DNA of 35,506 nt. Source: a bacterium (GTDB taxonomy: Bacteria; SZUA-182; DTGQ01). Made by a program: the position numbers and the translations under genes. This document shows positions 8,951-18,673 of the stretch, in pieces (the first letter of the stretch is position 1; every line of letters starts with the position of its first letter). The notes beneath the pieces were generated by a model, which saw nothing but the letters and a program-made list of their open reading frames with translations, was not told where the DNA came from and searched no databases. The stretch covers positions 1 through 35,506 of the forward strand of contig JBFMGO010000039.1 in NCBI GenBank assembly GCA_040752695.1. The letters are read 5' to 3'.

Positions 8951-9508
8951 TTACAGCCCCCAGATAGCGGCTGGGATCAACAGGAGGCCATACCCAAGTG
9001 GGTCGAGCCCATACAGGAAAGCATAGGTTATATTGGCCAAAGGAACATATTGCTGTCCCCAATCAATGAGGGGTGCAGGAAGACCCGGCCATGAGCCTCC
9101 TTTCAGAGTAAGAGGAAGCGCACTTCCGGTGGCAGGATCAATCAGATGTGGTGGAGGCCAGAGATTAAACCCATAGACCGGGTCAAAATAGGCCATCCCT
9201 GCCGGGGTGTTGTAGAGCAGCCAGGGATAATCCCAGGCAGGGTCCCAGGTCAGACCTGGCTGCACCGGCAGCACGGTAGTTGGAGTGAGATTAGTTACAA
9301 CAGGAGTAGATGTACCTGTCTGGGGATCCTCTGGTGAAAGGGCTGGGGACCACAGGGGCCAGAGGGTGTTATAGGGTGGAAGATTTATCCAATTTTGTGC
9401 CTGAGCTATAGGGGATACGAAAACTATAGGGGATACGAAAATGATGCCTGTTATTACTACGAACAATCCTACGGCCAACCGGTAAAGCGAACGCTTGTCA
9501 GAGAACAT
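8951..9508 (-). CDS. Secreted Pro/Trp/Leu-rich hypothetical protein
   Basis: ATG at 9508 preceded by GAGGAG; hydrophobic signal ending AQA-QNW; mature part LPPYNTLWPLWSPALSP...PAAIWGL. The ORF track extends to TTG 9565. Confidence 0.8.
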   Translation of the reverse strand: MFSDKRSLYRLAVGLFVVITGIIFVSPIVFVSPIAQAQNWINLPPYNTLWPLWSPALSPEDPQTGTSTPVVTNLTPTTVLPVQPGLTWDPAWDYPWLLYNTPAGMAYFDPVYGFNLWPPPHLIDPATGSALPLTLKGGSWPGLPAPLIDWGQQYVPLANITYAFLYGLDPLGYGLLLIPAAIWGL

Positions 9509-10381
9509 ATGAGAATCTCCTCTTGGTTTTTCATGGTTACAATGGCCATATAATGTCTTTCCCAATTTACCCTACAAAATGTCACCTCCTTCCTTTTAGG
9601 CTGCTTCCTTAAAGCCGGGGGAATCTTAAGCGCATTGGGACGTGCGCTTATGATAAGAAAGCCTGCCCCTTGTGAGCCTATCCCAAAAATCCCATTTCGG
9701 GTAACCGGTTTTCCGGTTGCCGAAGGTCTTTGGGATGGCCTTTTCGTACCTGATCCAACCTTTTTACTTGCTGATTCAACTGGCCGCGCATTTCATACGC
9801 CGTGTATTTTATAATAAGGTGGCAGGAGCGGTGAAGCGAGAGTCGGGCCAGCAGGAGAAATCCGTGGTGCAGGAAGTATACTGTTCGCTCAGGATGGGGC
9901 CTCAGTAAGATTACGGCGTTTCGTGATTGACCGTTACCCAACCACCTTATGTACTTCTGCTAATTATGATCAAAAACCATCCAATCCATAGTAACTTACC
10001 TTTCCCGTTCTGATAAATGCCCAGTCGAACGCAGGTTAAGTTTATTAAATGATACAGACTGCTTTTTGATTTTTTATAAAGAGCAATATTTGTACCAGGA
10101 TTGAAGGAAGGACGTTTTTCTCAATTAACTCTCTGAAAATGTTATTGCTGACTCATAATTTATGAGGGTGGGCGCGAAATCAGACCATCGAATCTTTATG
10201 ACAAAAGGAACAAAGAATATGGACCTTCTTCCGCTTTGATAAGGGCACTTTCGTGAATTCGACCCTGCGCAGCCTCTTTTCAAGCCGGTTTCAGCAGACA
10301 ACCGAAGAACATCTCGGTTCGACACCGGCCTCATTCGCATCCGGATTTCTTCCGATGCACTTTGCCCCCATTTCTTTTCTC

Positions 10382-10410
10382 TTGACAATGCCCTGAATGT
10401 GCTTTATCAT
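10382..10410 (+). promoter_or_regulatory. Sigma70-type promoter of the efflux operon
   Basis: TTGACA (10382-10387), 17-bp spacer, TATCAT (10405-10410), about 130 bp upstream of ATG 10539. Confidence 0.7.
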
Positions 10411-10446
10411 TGTGAATAAACATTCACAATGATAAAGCACATTCAG
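10393..10446. promoter_or_regulatory. 54-bp palindrome (perfect 25-bp arms); likely TetR operator
   Basis: CTGAATGTGCTTTATCATTGTGAAT-AAAC-ATTCACAATGATAAAGCACATTCAG overlaps the -10 element and start site; a TetR gene lies in the downstream operon. Confidence 0.7.
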
Positions 10447-10538
10447 TGACGAACGATTTACAGTTGATGATGTATGGTTCGATATTCGATTTATCACTCA
10501 ACATTTGATGGAGAATACAAAGCAGGAAATCAAAAACT

Positions 10539-11342
10539 ATGGCTATTCTGGAAACAAAGAACCTTACTCGCAGCTTTGGCAAGATGACGGCGGTTGATTC
10601 CTTAAGCATATCCGTGGAAGCCGGTGAAGTGTTCGGATTGCTCGGTCCTAATGGTGCGGGGAAAACCACTGCCATCAAGATGCTGACCACCCTTTTGCCG
10701 CCCACATCGGGCACGGCCATGGTGGCTGGATTTGACCTGAGCCGTCGGCCTTGCGATGTGCGGCGCATGATCGGTTATGTACCGCAGCTTCTGTCCGCTG
10801 ATGGCTGTTTGACCGGATATGAGAACCTTCTGGTTTTTGCCAAACTCTATGACCTGCCTCGCAAAGAGATTAAAGCCCGTGTGCGTGAAGCGCTTGATTT
10901 CATGGGTCTGTCCGATGCTGCCGACAGGCTGGTGCGTACCTACTCGGGCGGAATGATCCGCAAGATGGAGATAGCCCAGGCCATGCTGCACCGGCCAAGG
11001 GTGCTCTTTTTGGATGAGCCGACCGTAGGGCTTGACCCTCTGGCCCGCAGAGCGGTCTGGAAGCATATTGAAGAGTTGATGGCCAATTACGGCACCACGA
11101 TTCTTTTGACCACGCACTATCTGGAGGAGGCTGATGCCCTGTGCAGCCGGGTGGCGCTCATGCACCTTGGCAGGATGGCAGCCCTCGGTACACCGATGGA
11201 CCTCAAGGCATCGATTGGCGGAAACGGGGCAACGCTGGACGAGGTGTTTGCCCATTATACGGATGAAGATGGGGAAGAGAATTCGAAAAGGAGTTTCCAT
11301 GATACCTCAAGAACAAGACGCACTGCCAGGCGGCTTGGCTAG
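10539..11342 (+). CDS. ABC-2 (DrrA-like) exporter ATP-binding protein
   Basis: Walker A GPNGAGKTT, signature YSGGM, Walker B LFLDEPT, H-loop TTHY. Confidence 0.95.
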   Translation: MAILETKNLTRSFGKMTAVDSLSISVEAGEVFGLLGPNGAGKTTAIKMLTTLLPPTSGTAMVAGFDLSRRPCDVRRMIGYVPQLLSADGCLTGYENLLVFAKLYDLPRKEIKARVREALDFMGLSDAADRLVRTYSGGMIRKMEIAQAMLHRPRVLFLDEPTVGLDPLARRAVWKHIEELMANYGTTILLTTHYLEEADALCSRVALMHLGRMAALGTPMDLKASIGGNGATLDEVFAHYTDEDGEENSKRSFHDTSRTRRTARRLG

Positions 11343-12159
11343 CCCGGCCACCGGCCTGGCCTCGGCCAATCCGCTGATCAACGTCAGCCGCTTCGCGAAA
11401 AAAACATTCGTCGTGGCCGAACTGGAGGTGCGAAAAATATATCACGATCCCACCGAGATTATCCTGCGCGGGGTCCAGCCAATGTTGTGGCTTTTGGTTT
11501 TCGGTCAGGTATTCACCCGGAGTCGGGCCATTCCTACGGGGAACTTGTCTTACCTCGATTTTATGACCCCCGGCATCCTGGCTCAGAGTGTGCTGTTTAT
11601 TGCCATTTTCTATGGTGTCGCCATCATCTGGGAGCGTGACCTCGGGATTATCCATAAGCTTCTGGCCAGCCCAACGCCCCGGTCGGCGCTGGTGCTGGGC
11701 AAAGCGCTTTCGGCTGGCGTCCGCAGCTTCCTGCAGGTTTTCATCATTTACTCGCTGGCACTTCTTTTAGGTGTGAAGATGAGCTGGAACCCTTTGTCAC
11801 TGCTGGGTGTTCTGGCAGTCGTCGTAATGAGTGCGGCTCTTTTTTCCACCTTTTCGTTAATTATCGCCTGCCTGGTGAAGACACGTGAGCGGTTCATGGG
11901 TGTCGGCCAGTTAATGACCATGCCCCTGTTTTTCGCCAGTAACGCCATTTATCCGATTTCGATGATGCCTCCCTGGCTGCAGGTTCTGGCGAAAATCAAT
12001 CCCCTGACTTATGAGGTGGATGCCCTGCGGTTCCTGATGCTGGCGAACCGGCCGACCGGCAGTCTCTCCATGCTGATATTGGACTTTGCTGTCCTTCTGA
12101 TGTCCACGGCACTTCTGGTTGTCATTGGCGGACGGCTGTATCCGAATGCAGCTACCTGA
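11299..12159 (+). CDS. ABC-2 (DrrB-like) exporter permease
   Basis: YLDFMTPGILAQ, WERDLG..KLLASP, FFASNAIYP, NPLTYEVDALR; six TM segments. ATG 11299 has an AGGAG RBS; the track start at 11134 overlaps the ATPase gene. Confidence 0.92.
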   Translation: MIPQEQDALPGGLASPATGLASANPLINVSRFAKKTFVVAELEVRKIYHDPTEIILRGVQPMLWLLVFGQVFTRSRAIPTGNLSYLDFMTPGILAQSVLFIAIFYGVAIIWERDLGIIHKLLASPTPRSALVLGKALSAGVRSFLQVFIIYSLALLLGVKMSWNPLSLLGVLAVVVMSAALFSTFSLIIACLVKTRERFMGVGQLMTMPLFFASNAIYPISMMPPWLQVLAKINPLTYEVDALRFLMLANRPTGSLSMLILDFAVLLMSTALLVVIGGRLYPNAAT

Positions 12160-12243
12160 TGCAGTTGCCGAAGTTGACAAAGGTACTCGCTCGATGGGGT
12201 CAGATAGGTAGCCGGATAGGGTACTCGTTGAATAGGGGAGATA

Positions 12244-12840
12244 ATGAGCGCTGAAAAATTAGACACGGAAATCAGACAGGAGCAAATCGCCCAGGCGGCA
12301 CTGGAGCTGATGATCACAAAGGGTGTGAGCGGATTGAGTGTAGCCGGTGTGGCCCACAGGGTCGGTCTTGTTCCATCGGCGATTTACCGCCACTTCAGGA
12401 ACAAGGATGAACTGATAGAGGCGGTGGTTAGCCTCATCCAGAACAAGATGCTCGGTCATATCACGGCAGTCTGCGAAGAAACACTGGACCCTCTGAAACG
12501 CCTCGAGGCTCTGTTGACGCATCACCTGAAGGTTATCCGGAAAAAGCAGGCAATTCCGCGCCTGATCTTTTCCGATGACTTTGCCGTTCACCATCCCGAG
12601 AGAAAGGCCAGAGTGTATGAGATCATCACCAGGTATCTTGGCAGCATAGCGGAAATTATCCGGCAGGGCCAGCAAACTGGGCAGATACGCCAGGACATCG
12701 ATCCAGGGACTGCATCGATTATGTTCCTGGGATTAATGCAGCAGACAGGAATTCTCTGGCATCTCAGCGACGGCGGATTCGATGTTGCCGGATATATGGA
12801 AGGGGCCTGGCGGATTTTTCGTGAATCCATCACTGCATGA
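12244..12840 (+). CDS. TetR/AcrR-family transcriptional regulator
   Basis: RQEQIAQAALEL...SVAGVAHRVGLVPSAIYRHFRNKDEL N-terminal HTH. Confidence 0.95.
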   Translation: MSAEKLDTEIRQEQIAQAALELMITKGVSGLSVAGVAHRVGLVPSAIYRHFRNKDELIEAVVSLIQNKMLGHITAVCEETLDPLKRLEALLTHHLKVIRKKQAIPRLIFSDDFAVHHPERKARVYEIITRYLGSIAEIIRQGQQTGQIRQDIDPGTASIMFLGLMQQTGILWHLSDGGFDVAGYMEGAWRIFRESITA

Positions 12841-12996
12841 TGAATCTTTCCGGCAAAGCGGTTTCATTTCATAGAGATACCGAGGATACCATGAGACCCA
12901 AGAGACAACAAAGCCGGGTAGAGGCATAAGGCCAGATAGATAAAGATATCATCCGGCTAAAATACCTATTCACCAACTATAGATCAGGAGATTTGG

Positions 12997-14157
12997 GTGA
13001 TGAAAAATAAGAAAAAGATAGTGATTCCGCTGCTGCTCATCCTGGGTGCATCAATCGTGGCCTACACGTATCTTTGCCAGAGCAGGTCCCTCGATGATCC
13101 TGACACTATCCGTCTTTCAGGCAACATCGAGGTCACCGATGCGGAACTGAGTTTTATGGTTGCCGGCCGGGTTGAAGAGCGGCCGGTTTCAGAAGGCGAG
13201 ACGATCAGGGCAGGACAGGTGGTGGCCAGGCTGGAGAAAACCGAACTCGCTCAGGAAGTTGCCCTTCGCAAGGCCGAGGTTCAGGTGGTCCGGGCCGCCC
13301 TGGCCGAACTTGAGGCAGGATCGCGACCTGAAGAGATTGCCCAGAGCCGGGCTGCGGTCAGAAGGTCACAGGCCAGACTCGACGAGTTGCTCAAAGGGTC
13401 CCGGCCACAGGAAATTGCCGCAGCCGCAGCATCGGTCCAGAGGGCAAAGGCGGAGGAGGACCGCGCGAAGAGGGATTACGACCGGCAAAAGAAGCTCTAC
13501 GACAGAGAAGTCATCTCCACGAGGGAGTACGAGGCCAGCCAGGCAGCCTACGAGGTGGCCAGAACAAGACTGCTGGAAGCCGAAGAGCAGTTGAAGCTCG
13601 TCACCGAGGGGCCGAGAAAGGAGCAGATCGAGCAGGCCCGCGAAGCCTTAAAAGAGGCTAAAGAGCGGCTGGCGCTGGTGGAGAAAGGCCCTCGGCAGGA
13701 AACCCTGGATCAGGCAAAAAGCCGCCTGCAACAGGCCCAGGAAGCCTTGGCCCTAGCCGAGACACATCTTGATTACGCCACCCTGGTTTCCCCTCTTTCC
13801 GGGATTGTCCTGTCACAGGCCATTGAGCCGGGAGAGAGGGTTACACCCGGCACGCCGGTCGTTACCGTTGGCGATCTGAACAACGTCTACCTGCGTGCCT
13901 ACATCAATGAGACCGATCTTGGCAGGGTGAAAGTCGGCCAGAAAGTGCAGGTGACTACGGATACCTATCCGGACAGGTCGTACGAGGGCCGAATCTCCTT
14001 TATCAGTTCAGAGGCTGAGTTTACTCCCAAGAACGTCCAGACACAAACAGAGAGGGTAAAGCTGGTCTACCGGGTCAAGGTAGACATTCCCAATCCCGGC
14101 ATGGAATTAAAGCCCGGCATGCCTGCTGATGCCCGGATACTGCTGAATGGAAGATAA
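12997..14157 (+). CDS. HlyD-family membrane fusion protein (YbhG-like)
   Basis: N-terminal anchor, LSGNIEV, long coiled coil with repeated G(S/P)R.EEI, and SEAEFTPKNVQT..ER.KLVYRVK...LKPGMPAD. Confidence 0.95.
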   Translation: MMKNKKKIVIPLLLILGASIVAYTYLCQSRSLDDPDTIRLSGNIEVTDAELSFMVAGRVEERPVSEGETIRAGQVVARLEKTELAQEVALRKAEVQVVRAALAELEAGSRPEEIAQSRAAVRRSQARLDELLKGSRPQEIAAAAASVQRAKAEEDRAKRDYDRQKKLYDREVISTREYEASQAAYEVARTRLLEAEEQLKLVTEGPRKEQIEQAREALKEAKERLALVEKGPRQETLDQAKSRLQQAQEALALAETHLDYATLVSPLSGIVLSQAIEPGERVTPGTPVVTVGDLNNVYLRAYINETDLGRVKVGQKVQVTTDTYPDRSYEGRISFISSEAEFTPKNVQTQTERVKLVYRVKVDIPNPGMELKPGMPADARILLNGR

Positions 14158-14214
14158 CGACGGAAGATTACCATGGACCATGGACAGGGGATGAATGAAG
14201 GAGGATCGAACCGG

Positions 14215-15162
14215 ATGGATAAACCTGTGAGGGAGGAGGTTATAAAAACCGAAGCCCTCAGCAGGACTTTTGGAAATCTGACTGCCGTAGATCACCTTAC
14301 CCTGTCTGTGGCAGAGGGCGAGATATTCGGCCTGGTCGGGCCGGATGGTGCAGGCAAGACTACGACCATGCGGCTTTTGACCTCGATCATGGAGCCGACA
14401 TCGGGCGATGCCTGGGTGGCAGGACGTCACGTGGTAAAAGAGGCCGAACAAGTCAAGGAAAGAATCGGGTATATGAGCCAGAGGTTCGGTCTTTACCCTG
14501 ACCTTTCGGTGATGGAGAACATCAACTTCTACGCCGACATTTACTCGGTTCAGCAAAAAGAACGGAAAGAAAAAATCGATCAGCTTCTGGCCTTCAGCAA
14601 CCTGACAGCCTTCAAAAGACGTCTGGCTGGAAATCTCTCAGGCGGCATGAAGCAAAAGCTCGGCCTGACCTGCGCCCTCATCCATACTCCGAAAGTGCTC
14701 TTTCTCGATGAGCCGACCAACGGCGTGGACCCAATTTCCAGGCGCGACTTCTGGCGAATTCTCTATCAACTGCTCAGCGAGAAGGTCACCATCTTTATCT
14801 CGACCGCCTATCTCGACGAGGCAGAGCGCTGCAACCGGATCGGGCTCATTCACCAGGGGAAGCTTCTGGCCTGCGGGACCCCGGCTGAAATCAAGAAAAT
14901 GATGACCGCCACCATCATCGAGATCCGTACCTTAAGGCCGCGTCAGGCAGCATCGATGCTGGCCGGGCACCTGAAGGCAGATTCGATCAACCTCTTCGGC
15001 GACCGCCTTCACGTGGTCACCAAAGAGCCGCAAAAGGCGACACGGGAGGCCGAAAAGCTCCTGGCCGAAGCAGGATTCGAGCTTGGCGGCATCAGACCGA
15101 TCAAACCGGGCCTTGAAGATGTGTTCGTCTCGGTCCTGAGCGACGGGAACGGCCAAAAATGA
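14215..15162 (+). CDS. ABC transporter ATP-binding protein (equivalent to the YbhF N-terminal half)
   Basis: GPDGAGKTT, LSGGMKQKL, LDEPTNGVDP, STAYLDEAE. The start is uncertain (14173, 14191 or 14215); AAGGAGG precedes 14215. Confidence 0.93.
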   Translation: MDKPVREEVIKTEALSRTFGNLTAVDHLTLSVAEGEIFGLVGPDGAGKTTTMRLLTSIMEPTSGDAWVAGRHVVKEAEQVKERIGYMSQRFGLYPDLSVMENINFYADIYSVQQKERKEKIDQLLAFSNLTAFKRRLAGNLSGGMKQKLGLTCALIHTPKVLFLDEPTNGVDPISRRDFWRILYQLLSEKVTIFISTAYLDEAERCNRIGLIHQGKLLACGTPAEIKKMMTATIIEIRTLRPRQAASMLAGHLKADSINLFGDRLHVVTKEPQKATREAEKLLAEAGFELGGIRPIKPGLEDVFVSVLSDGNGQK

Positions 15163-15227
15163 AATAATCACCTCCTAAAAGAGTACATTACTATCGTACT
15201 ATGGTATGGTAAACAATAAGGGCGATC

Positions 15228-16214
15228 ATGACCCCCACCGACGAACGTGAAAATGCCGTGAATGAAAATGCCGTTGTGGTGCAGGACCTCGAGAGGCGGT
15301 TTGGCAGCTTCATCGCTGTCAACCGGATCAGCTTCGAGGTGAGAAGGGGTGAAATCTTCGGTTTTCTCGGCTCCAATGGTGCGGGTAAATCGACGACCAT
15401 CCGCATGCTCTGCGGCATCTTAGCGCCCTCTGGCGGCAGGGGGAAAGTGGCAGGCTTCGATATCCTCACCGAGGCGGAAAAGATCAAAGCCAATATCGGC
15501 TACATGAGCCAGAAATTCTCTCTCTACGAAGACCTGACCGTAGAGGAAAATATCAACTTTTACAGCGGTATCTATCGCCTTGCGCCGGAGAAAAAGAAAG
15601 AGCGCAAGGAGTGGGTGATCGAGATGGCAGGCCTTTCCGAGCACCGCAAAGCCCGGACAGCCATCCTCTCCGGCGGATGGAAGCAGAGGCTGGCCCTTGG
15701 ATGCGCTATCCTCCATGAACCGCCGGTCATTTTCCTGGATGAGCCGACCTCGGGTGTGGACCCGATCAGCCGCCGCAAGTTCTGGAACCTGATCTATGAG
15801 CTCTCCCACAAAGGGATCACCATCTTTGTCACCACCCACTACATGGACGAGGCAGAGTACTGCGACCGGATCGGCCTTGTTTACCGTGGTGAATTGATAG
15901 CCCTGGGGACACCCGAACAGCTCAAAACCAGTTACATGTCCGAAGACGTGCTGGAGGTAGCCTGTGACCGGCCCCAGGAGGCCATGACCGAAATCGGAAA
16001 ACTGGCAGGTGTCAAGGAGGTGGCCCTGTTCGGTCAGGAACTGCACATTGTGGTCGAGAATGCTGCATCAAAAGAGCCCGCCATCAAGGGCTTGCTCGAC
16101 AGGATGGGCCACCGGGTGCTTTCGGTCGAGAAGATCACCCCTTCACTGGAGGATGTGTTCGTCTCGCTTATCGAGGCTAAAGACCGTGCGGAGAATCCGC
16201 AAAAGGAGGTTTAA
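15228..16214 (+). CDS. ABC transporter ATP-binding protein (equivalent to the YbhF C-terminal half)
   Basis: GSNGAGKST, LSGGWKQRL, LDEPTSGVDP, TTHYMDEAE. Confidence 0.93.
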   Translation: MTPTDERENAVNENAVVVQDLERRFGSFIAVNRISFEVRRGEIFGFLGSNGAGKSTTIRMLCGILAPSGGRGKVAGFDILTEAEKIKANIGYMSQKFSLYEDLTVEENINFYSGIYRLAPEKKKERKEWVIEMAGLSEHRKARTAILSGGWKQRLALGCAILHEPPVIFLDEPTSGVDPISRRKFWNLIYELSHKGITIFVTTHYMDEAEYCDRIGLVYRGELIALGTPEQLKTSYMSEDVLEVACDRPQEAMTEIGKLAGVKEVALFGQELHIVVENAASKEPAIKGLLDRMGHRVLSVEKITPSLEDVFVSLIEAKDRAENPQKEV

Positions 16215-16217
16215 GGG

Positions 16218-16317
16218 ATGAATCCAAAGGCAGGGAGTGAGAGGATGAATCTAAAGGCAGGAAGGTTTTAGAGGTGAATCCAAAGGCAGGAGGTGAAAGG
16301 ATGGATCCAAAGGTACA
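16218..16317 (+). repeat. Four copies of (A/G)TG(A/G)ATC(C/T)AAAGG at 27-29 bp spacing
   Basis: Copies start at 16218, 16245, 16274 and 16301, each preceded by a purine-rich RBS-like run. Confidence 0.85.
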
Positions 16318-16335
16318 GCGACGGGAGAGGCAAAG

Positions 16336-17472
16336 ATGAACCTGGGCAGAACCTGGGCCATGGCCCGCAAGGAATTCCTCCACGTTATCCGCGATCCGCG
16401 AAGTCTTGGCATGGGCATTGCCATTCCCATGCTGATGCTCATCCTCTATGGCTATGCCCTGACCCTGGACGTGGACAATGTACCGACCGTAGTCTTTGAC
16501 CAGAGCCGCACGGAGGTAAGCAGGGAGTTCCTGAGCAGGTTCAGCGGCTCGCGCTATTTCTCGCTCTTTGCATATGTCCAAAGCTACCGGGAGGTAGAGT
16601 GGGCCATTGATTCGGGCAAGGCCACCTTAGCCCTCGTTATTCCCTCGAACTTTGCCGACAGCGTCAGTTCCGGCCGTCCGGTTTCGGTTCAGTTGATCGC
16701 GGATGGAAGCAACTCCACGACCGCAACCATTGCCATGGGCTATGCCACCATAGTCACGCAAGGGTATTCCCAGGACCTGCTCATCGACCGGATCAGGCGG
16801 ACCGGCGGCCGCAGCATTCCTGAGCAGCCGCTCGATCTTCGGCCCAGGGTCTGGTTCAATGAAGATCTCAAATCCAGAAACTTTATCATCCCCGGCCTGA
16901 TCGCCGTCATCATGATGGTTATTGCCGCACTCCTGACCTCGCTGACCGTGGCCCGCGAGTGGGAGAGCGGAACCATGGAACAGCTTATATCCACACCGGT
17001 CAGGGCTGAGGAATTGATCCTGGGCAAGTTTCTGCCCTACTTCGGTATCGGTATGCTGGATGTGCTTTTGGCCGTGCTCATGGGACAATTCGTATTCAAA
17101 GTGCCGCTGCGCGGAAGTGTAGCCCTGCTCTTCGGCATGGCAGCCATATTCCTGGCAGGGTCCTTGGCTTTAGGGATACTGATCAGCGTTGTCACCAAAA
17201 ACCAACTGGTCGCCAGCCAACTGGCCATGATAGTCACTCTTCTGCCCTCATTCCTGCTGTCGGGATTCGTATTTGCCATTATCAATATGCCGCTTCCCTT
17301 GCAGTTCATTACCTATCTGGTCCCGGCCAGGTACTTCGTGAGCCTGACCAAGGCCATTTACCTGAAGGGTGTCGGGCTTGAGATTCTCGGATTCGAGGCC
17401 CTGCTCCTGACCATTTTCAGTGTCAGTGTGGTGATAATGGCCAGGTTGAAATTTAAGAAAAAACTTTTCTAA
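16336..17472 (+). CDS. ABC-2 permease (YbhS-like)
   Basis: ARKEFLHVIRDPRSL, VAREWESGTMEQLISTP, FLLSGFVF. Confidence 0.93.
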   Translation: MNLGRTWAMARKEFLHVIRDPRSLGMGIAIPMLMLILYGYALTLDVDNVPTVVFDQSRTEVSREFLSRFSGSRYFSLFAYVQSYREVEWAIDSGKATLALVIPSNFADSVSSGRPVSVQLIADGSNSTTATIAMGYATIVTQGYSQDLLIDRIRRTGGRSIPEQPLDLRPRVWFNEDLKSRNFIIPGLIAVIMMVIAALLTSLTVAREWESGTMEQLISTPVRAEELILGKFLPYFGIGMLDVLLAVLMGQFVFKVPLRGSVALLFGMAAIFLAGSLALGILISVVTKNQLVASQLAMIVTLLPSFLLSGFVFAIINMPLPLQFITYLVPARYFVSLTKAIYLKGVGLEILGFEALLLTIFSVSVVIMARLKFKKKLF

Positions 17473-17499
17473 CACGATGGTTTATAATCTGGTGGAGTA

Positions 17500-18633
17500 A
17501 TGTTCGAGAGAATCAAATACATGCTGATCAAAGAGTTCATTCAGCTCCTTCGCGACCCGCGGATGAGGAAGTTCATTTTCGTCATGCCCATCATCCAGGT
17601 GCTGGGCTTCAGCTATGCAGTGACTACCGACGTCAAACACGCTACCACTGCGGTCTATGACCTTGACCACAGCCAGTCCAGCCGGGAGTTGATCGCCCGG
17701 TTCGTGAAGTCGGGCTATTTTGAGGTTGTGGAGAATATCGGCACTGAAGAAAGGGGCAGGGAACTGATCGATCGCTGTACCGTCCAGGCGCTTCTTCGCC
17801 TGAACAAGGGCTTTGAGCAGAAGCTCCTGGCCGGTGGACCTGCCGATGTACAGATAATCGTTGACGGCACCGACTCCAATGCTGCCGGCATCATCCTCAA
17901 CTATGCCAGCAAGATCGCCGGGCAATTCTCCCAGCAGGTTCTGACTAGCCAGGTCATCCGCCTCACCGGTGATGCTGGCACAGCACAGCACAGGGTCGAT
18001 CTTAAAACGCGCGCCTGGTTCAACGAGAACCTCGACAGCCGCAATTTCTTTGTGCCCGGCGTGCTTGCCATTGTCATCACCCTGATCAGCCTGCTTCTTA
18101 CCAGCATGGCTGTAGTACGCGAGCGGGAAATCGGGACCATGGAGCAGATCATGGTCACCCCGATCACGCCGACCGAGTTCATCCTCGGCAAGACTGTGCC
18201 TTTCGCCCTGATCTGCTTCCTCGACGTGATCCTGATTACGCTGTTTTGCATACTCTGGTTTCGTGTACCGGTCCGGGGCAGTATCTGGCTGCTCCTTGCT
18301 TCCACAGCCCTTTATCTTTTGACTACCCTGGGAGTCGGCCTTTTTATTTCAACAATCAGCCGCACGCAGCAGCAGGCAATGCTGAGCACCTTTTTTTTCT
18401 TCTTCCCGGCCATGCTCCTTTCAGGGTTCGTCTTTCCCATAGCCAATATGCCGATGGTGGTTCAGTGGCTTACCTACCTGAATCCTTTGCGTTATTTCCT
18501 GGTGATTATCCGGGGCATTTTCCTCAAGGGAGTCGGAGTGCGTGTCCTGTGGCCACAAATGGCAGCTCTGGCCGTAATGGGTATTACCATACTGCGGCTG
18601 GCATCGATGAGGTTCCATAAGACACTGAAGTGA
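17500..18633 (+). CDS. ABC-2 permease (YbhR-like)
   Basis: IKEFIQLLRDPR, VVREREIGTMEQIMVTP, LLSGFVFPIANMP, NPLRYF. Confidence 0.93.
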   Translation: MFERIKYMLIKEFIQLLRDPRMRKFIFVMPIIQVLGFSYAVTTDVKHATTAVYDLDHSQSSRELIARFVKSGYFEVVENIGTEERGRELIDRCTVQALLRLNKGFEQKLLAGGPADVQIIVDGTDSNAAGIILNYASKIAGQFSQQVLTSQVIRLTGDAGTAQHRVDLKTRAWFNENLDSRNFFVPGVLAIVITLISLLLTSMAVVREREIGTMEQIMVTPITPTEFILGKTVPFALICFLDVILITLFCILWFRVPVRGSIWLLLASTALYLLTTLGVGLFISTISRTQQQAMLSTFFFFFPAMLLSGFVFPIANMPMVVQWLTYLNPLRYFLVIIRGIFLKGVGVRVLWPQMAALAVMGITILRLASMRFHKTLK

Positions 18634-18673
18634 TTGTAAGACACTGGAGTGATTGTTATCAAGGAGGATTAGT

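Noticed and set aside
9678..9941. ORFs 9717-9908 (+) and 9678-9941 (-)
   Set aside because: Weak starts, no RBS, and overlap with a hairpin; cannot be supported.
9600..10370. c-di-GMP riboswitch
   Set aside because: GGCAAA- and GAAA-like words are present, but the P1/P2 arrangement and the GCAAA...CTAA consensus are not.
16218..16317. Possible mini CRISPR array
   Set aside because: Repeats are about 17 bp with spacers of about 10-12 bp that resemble each other, and there are no cas genes.
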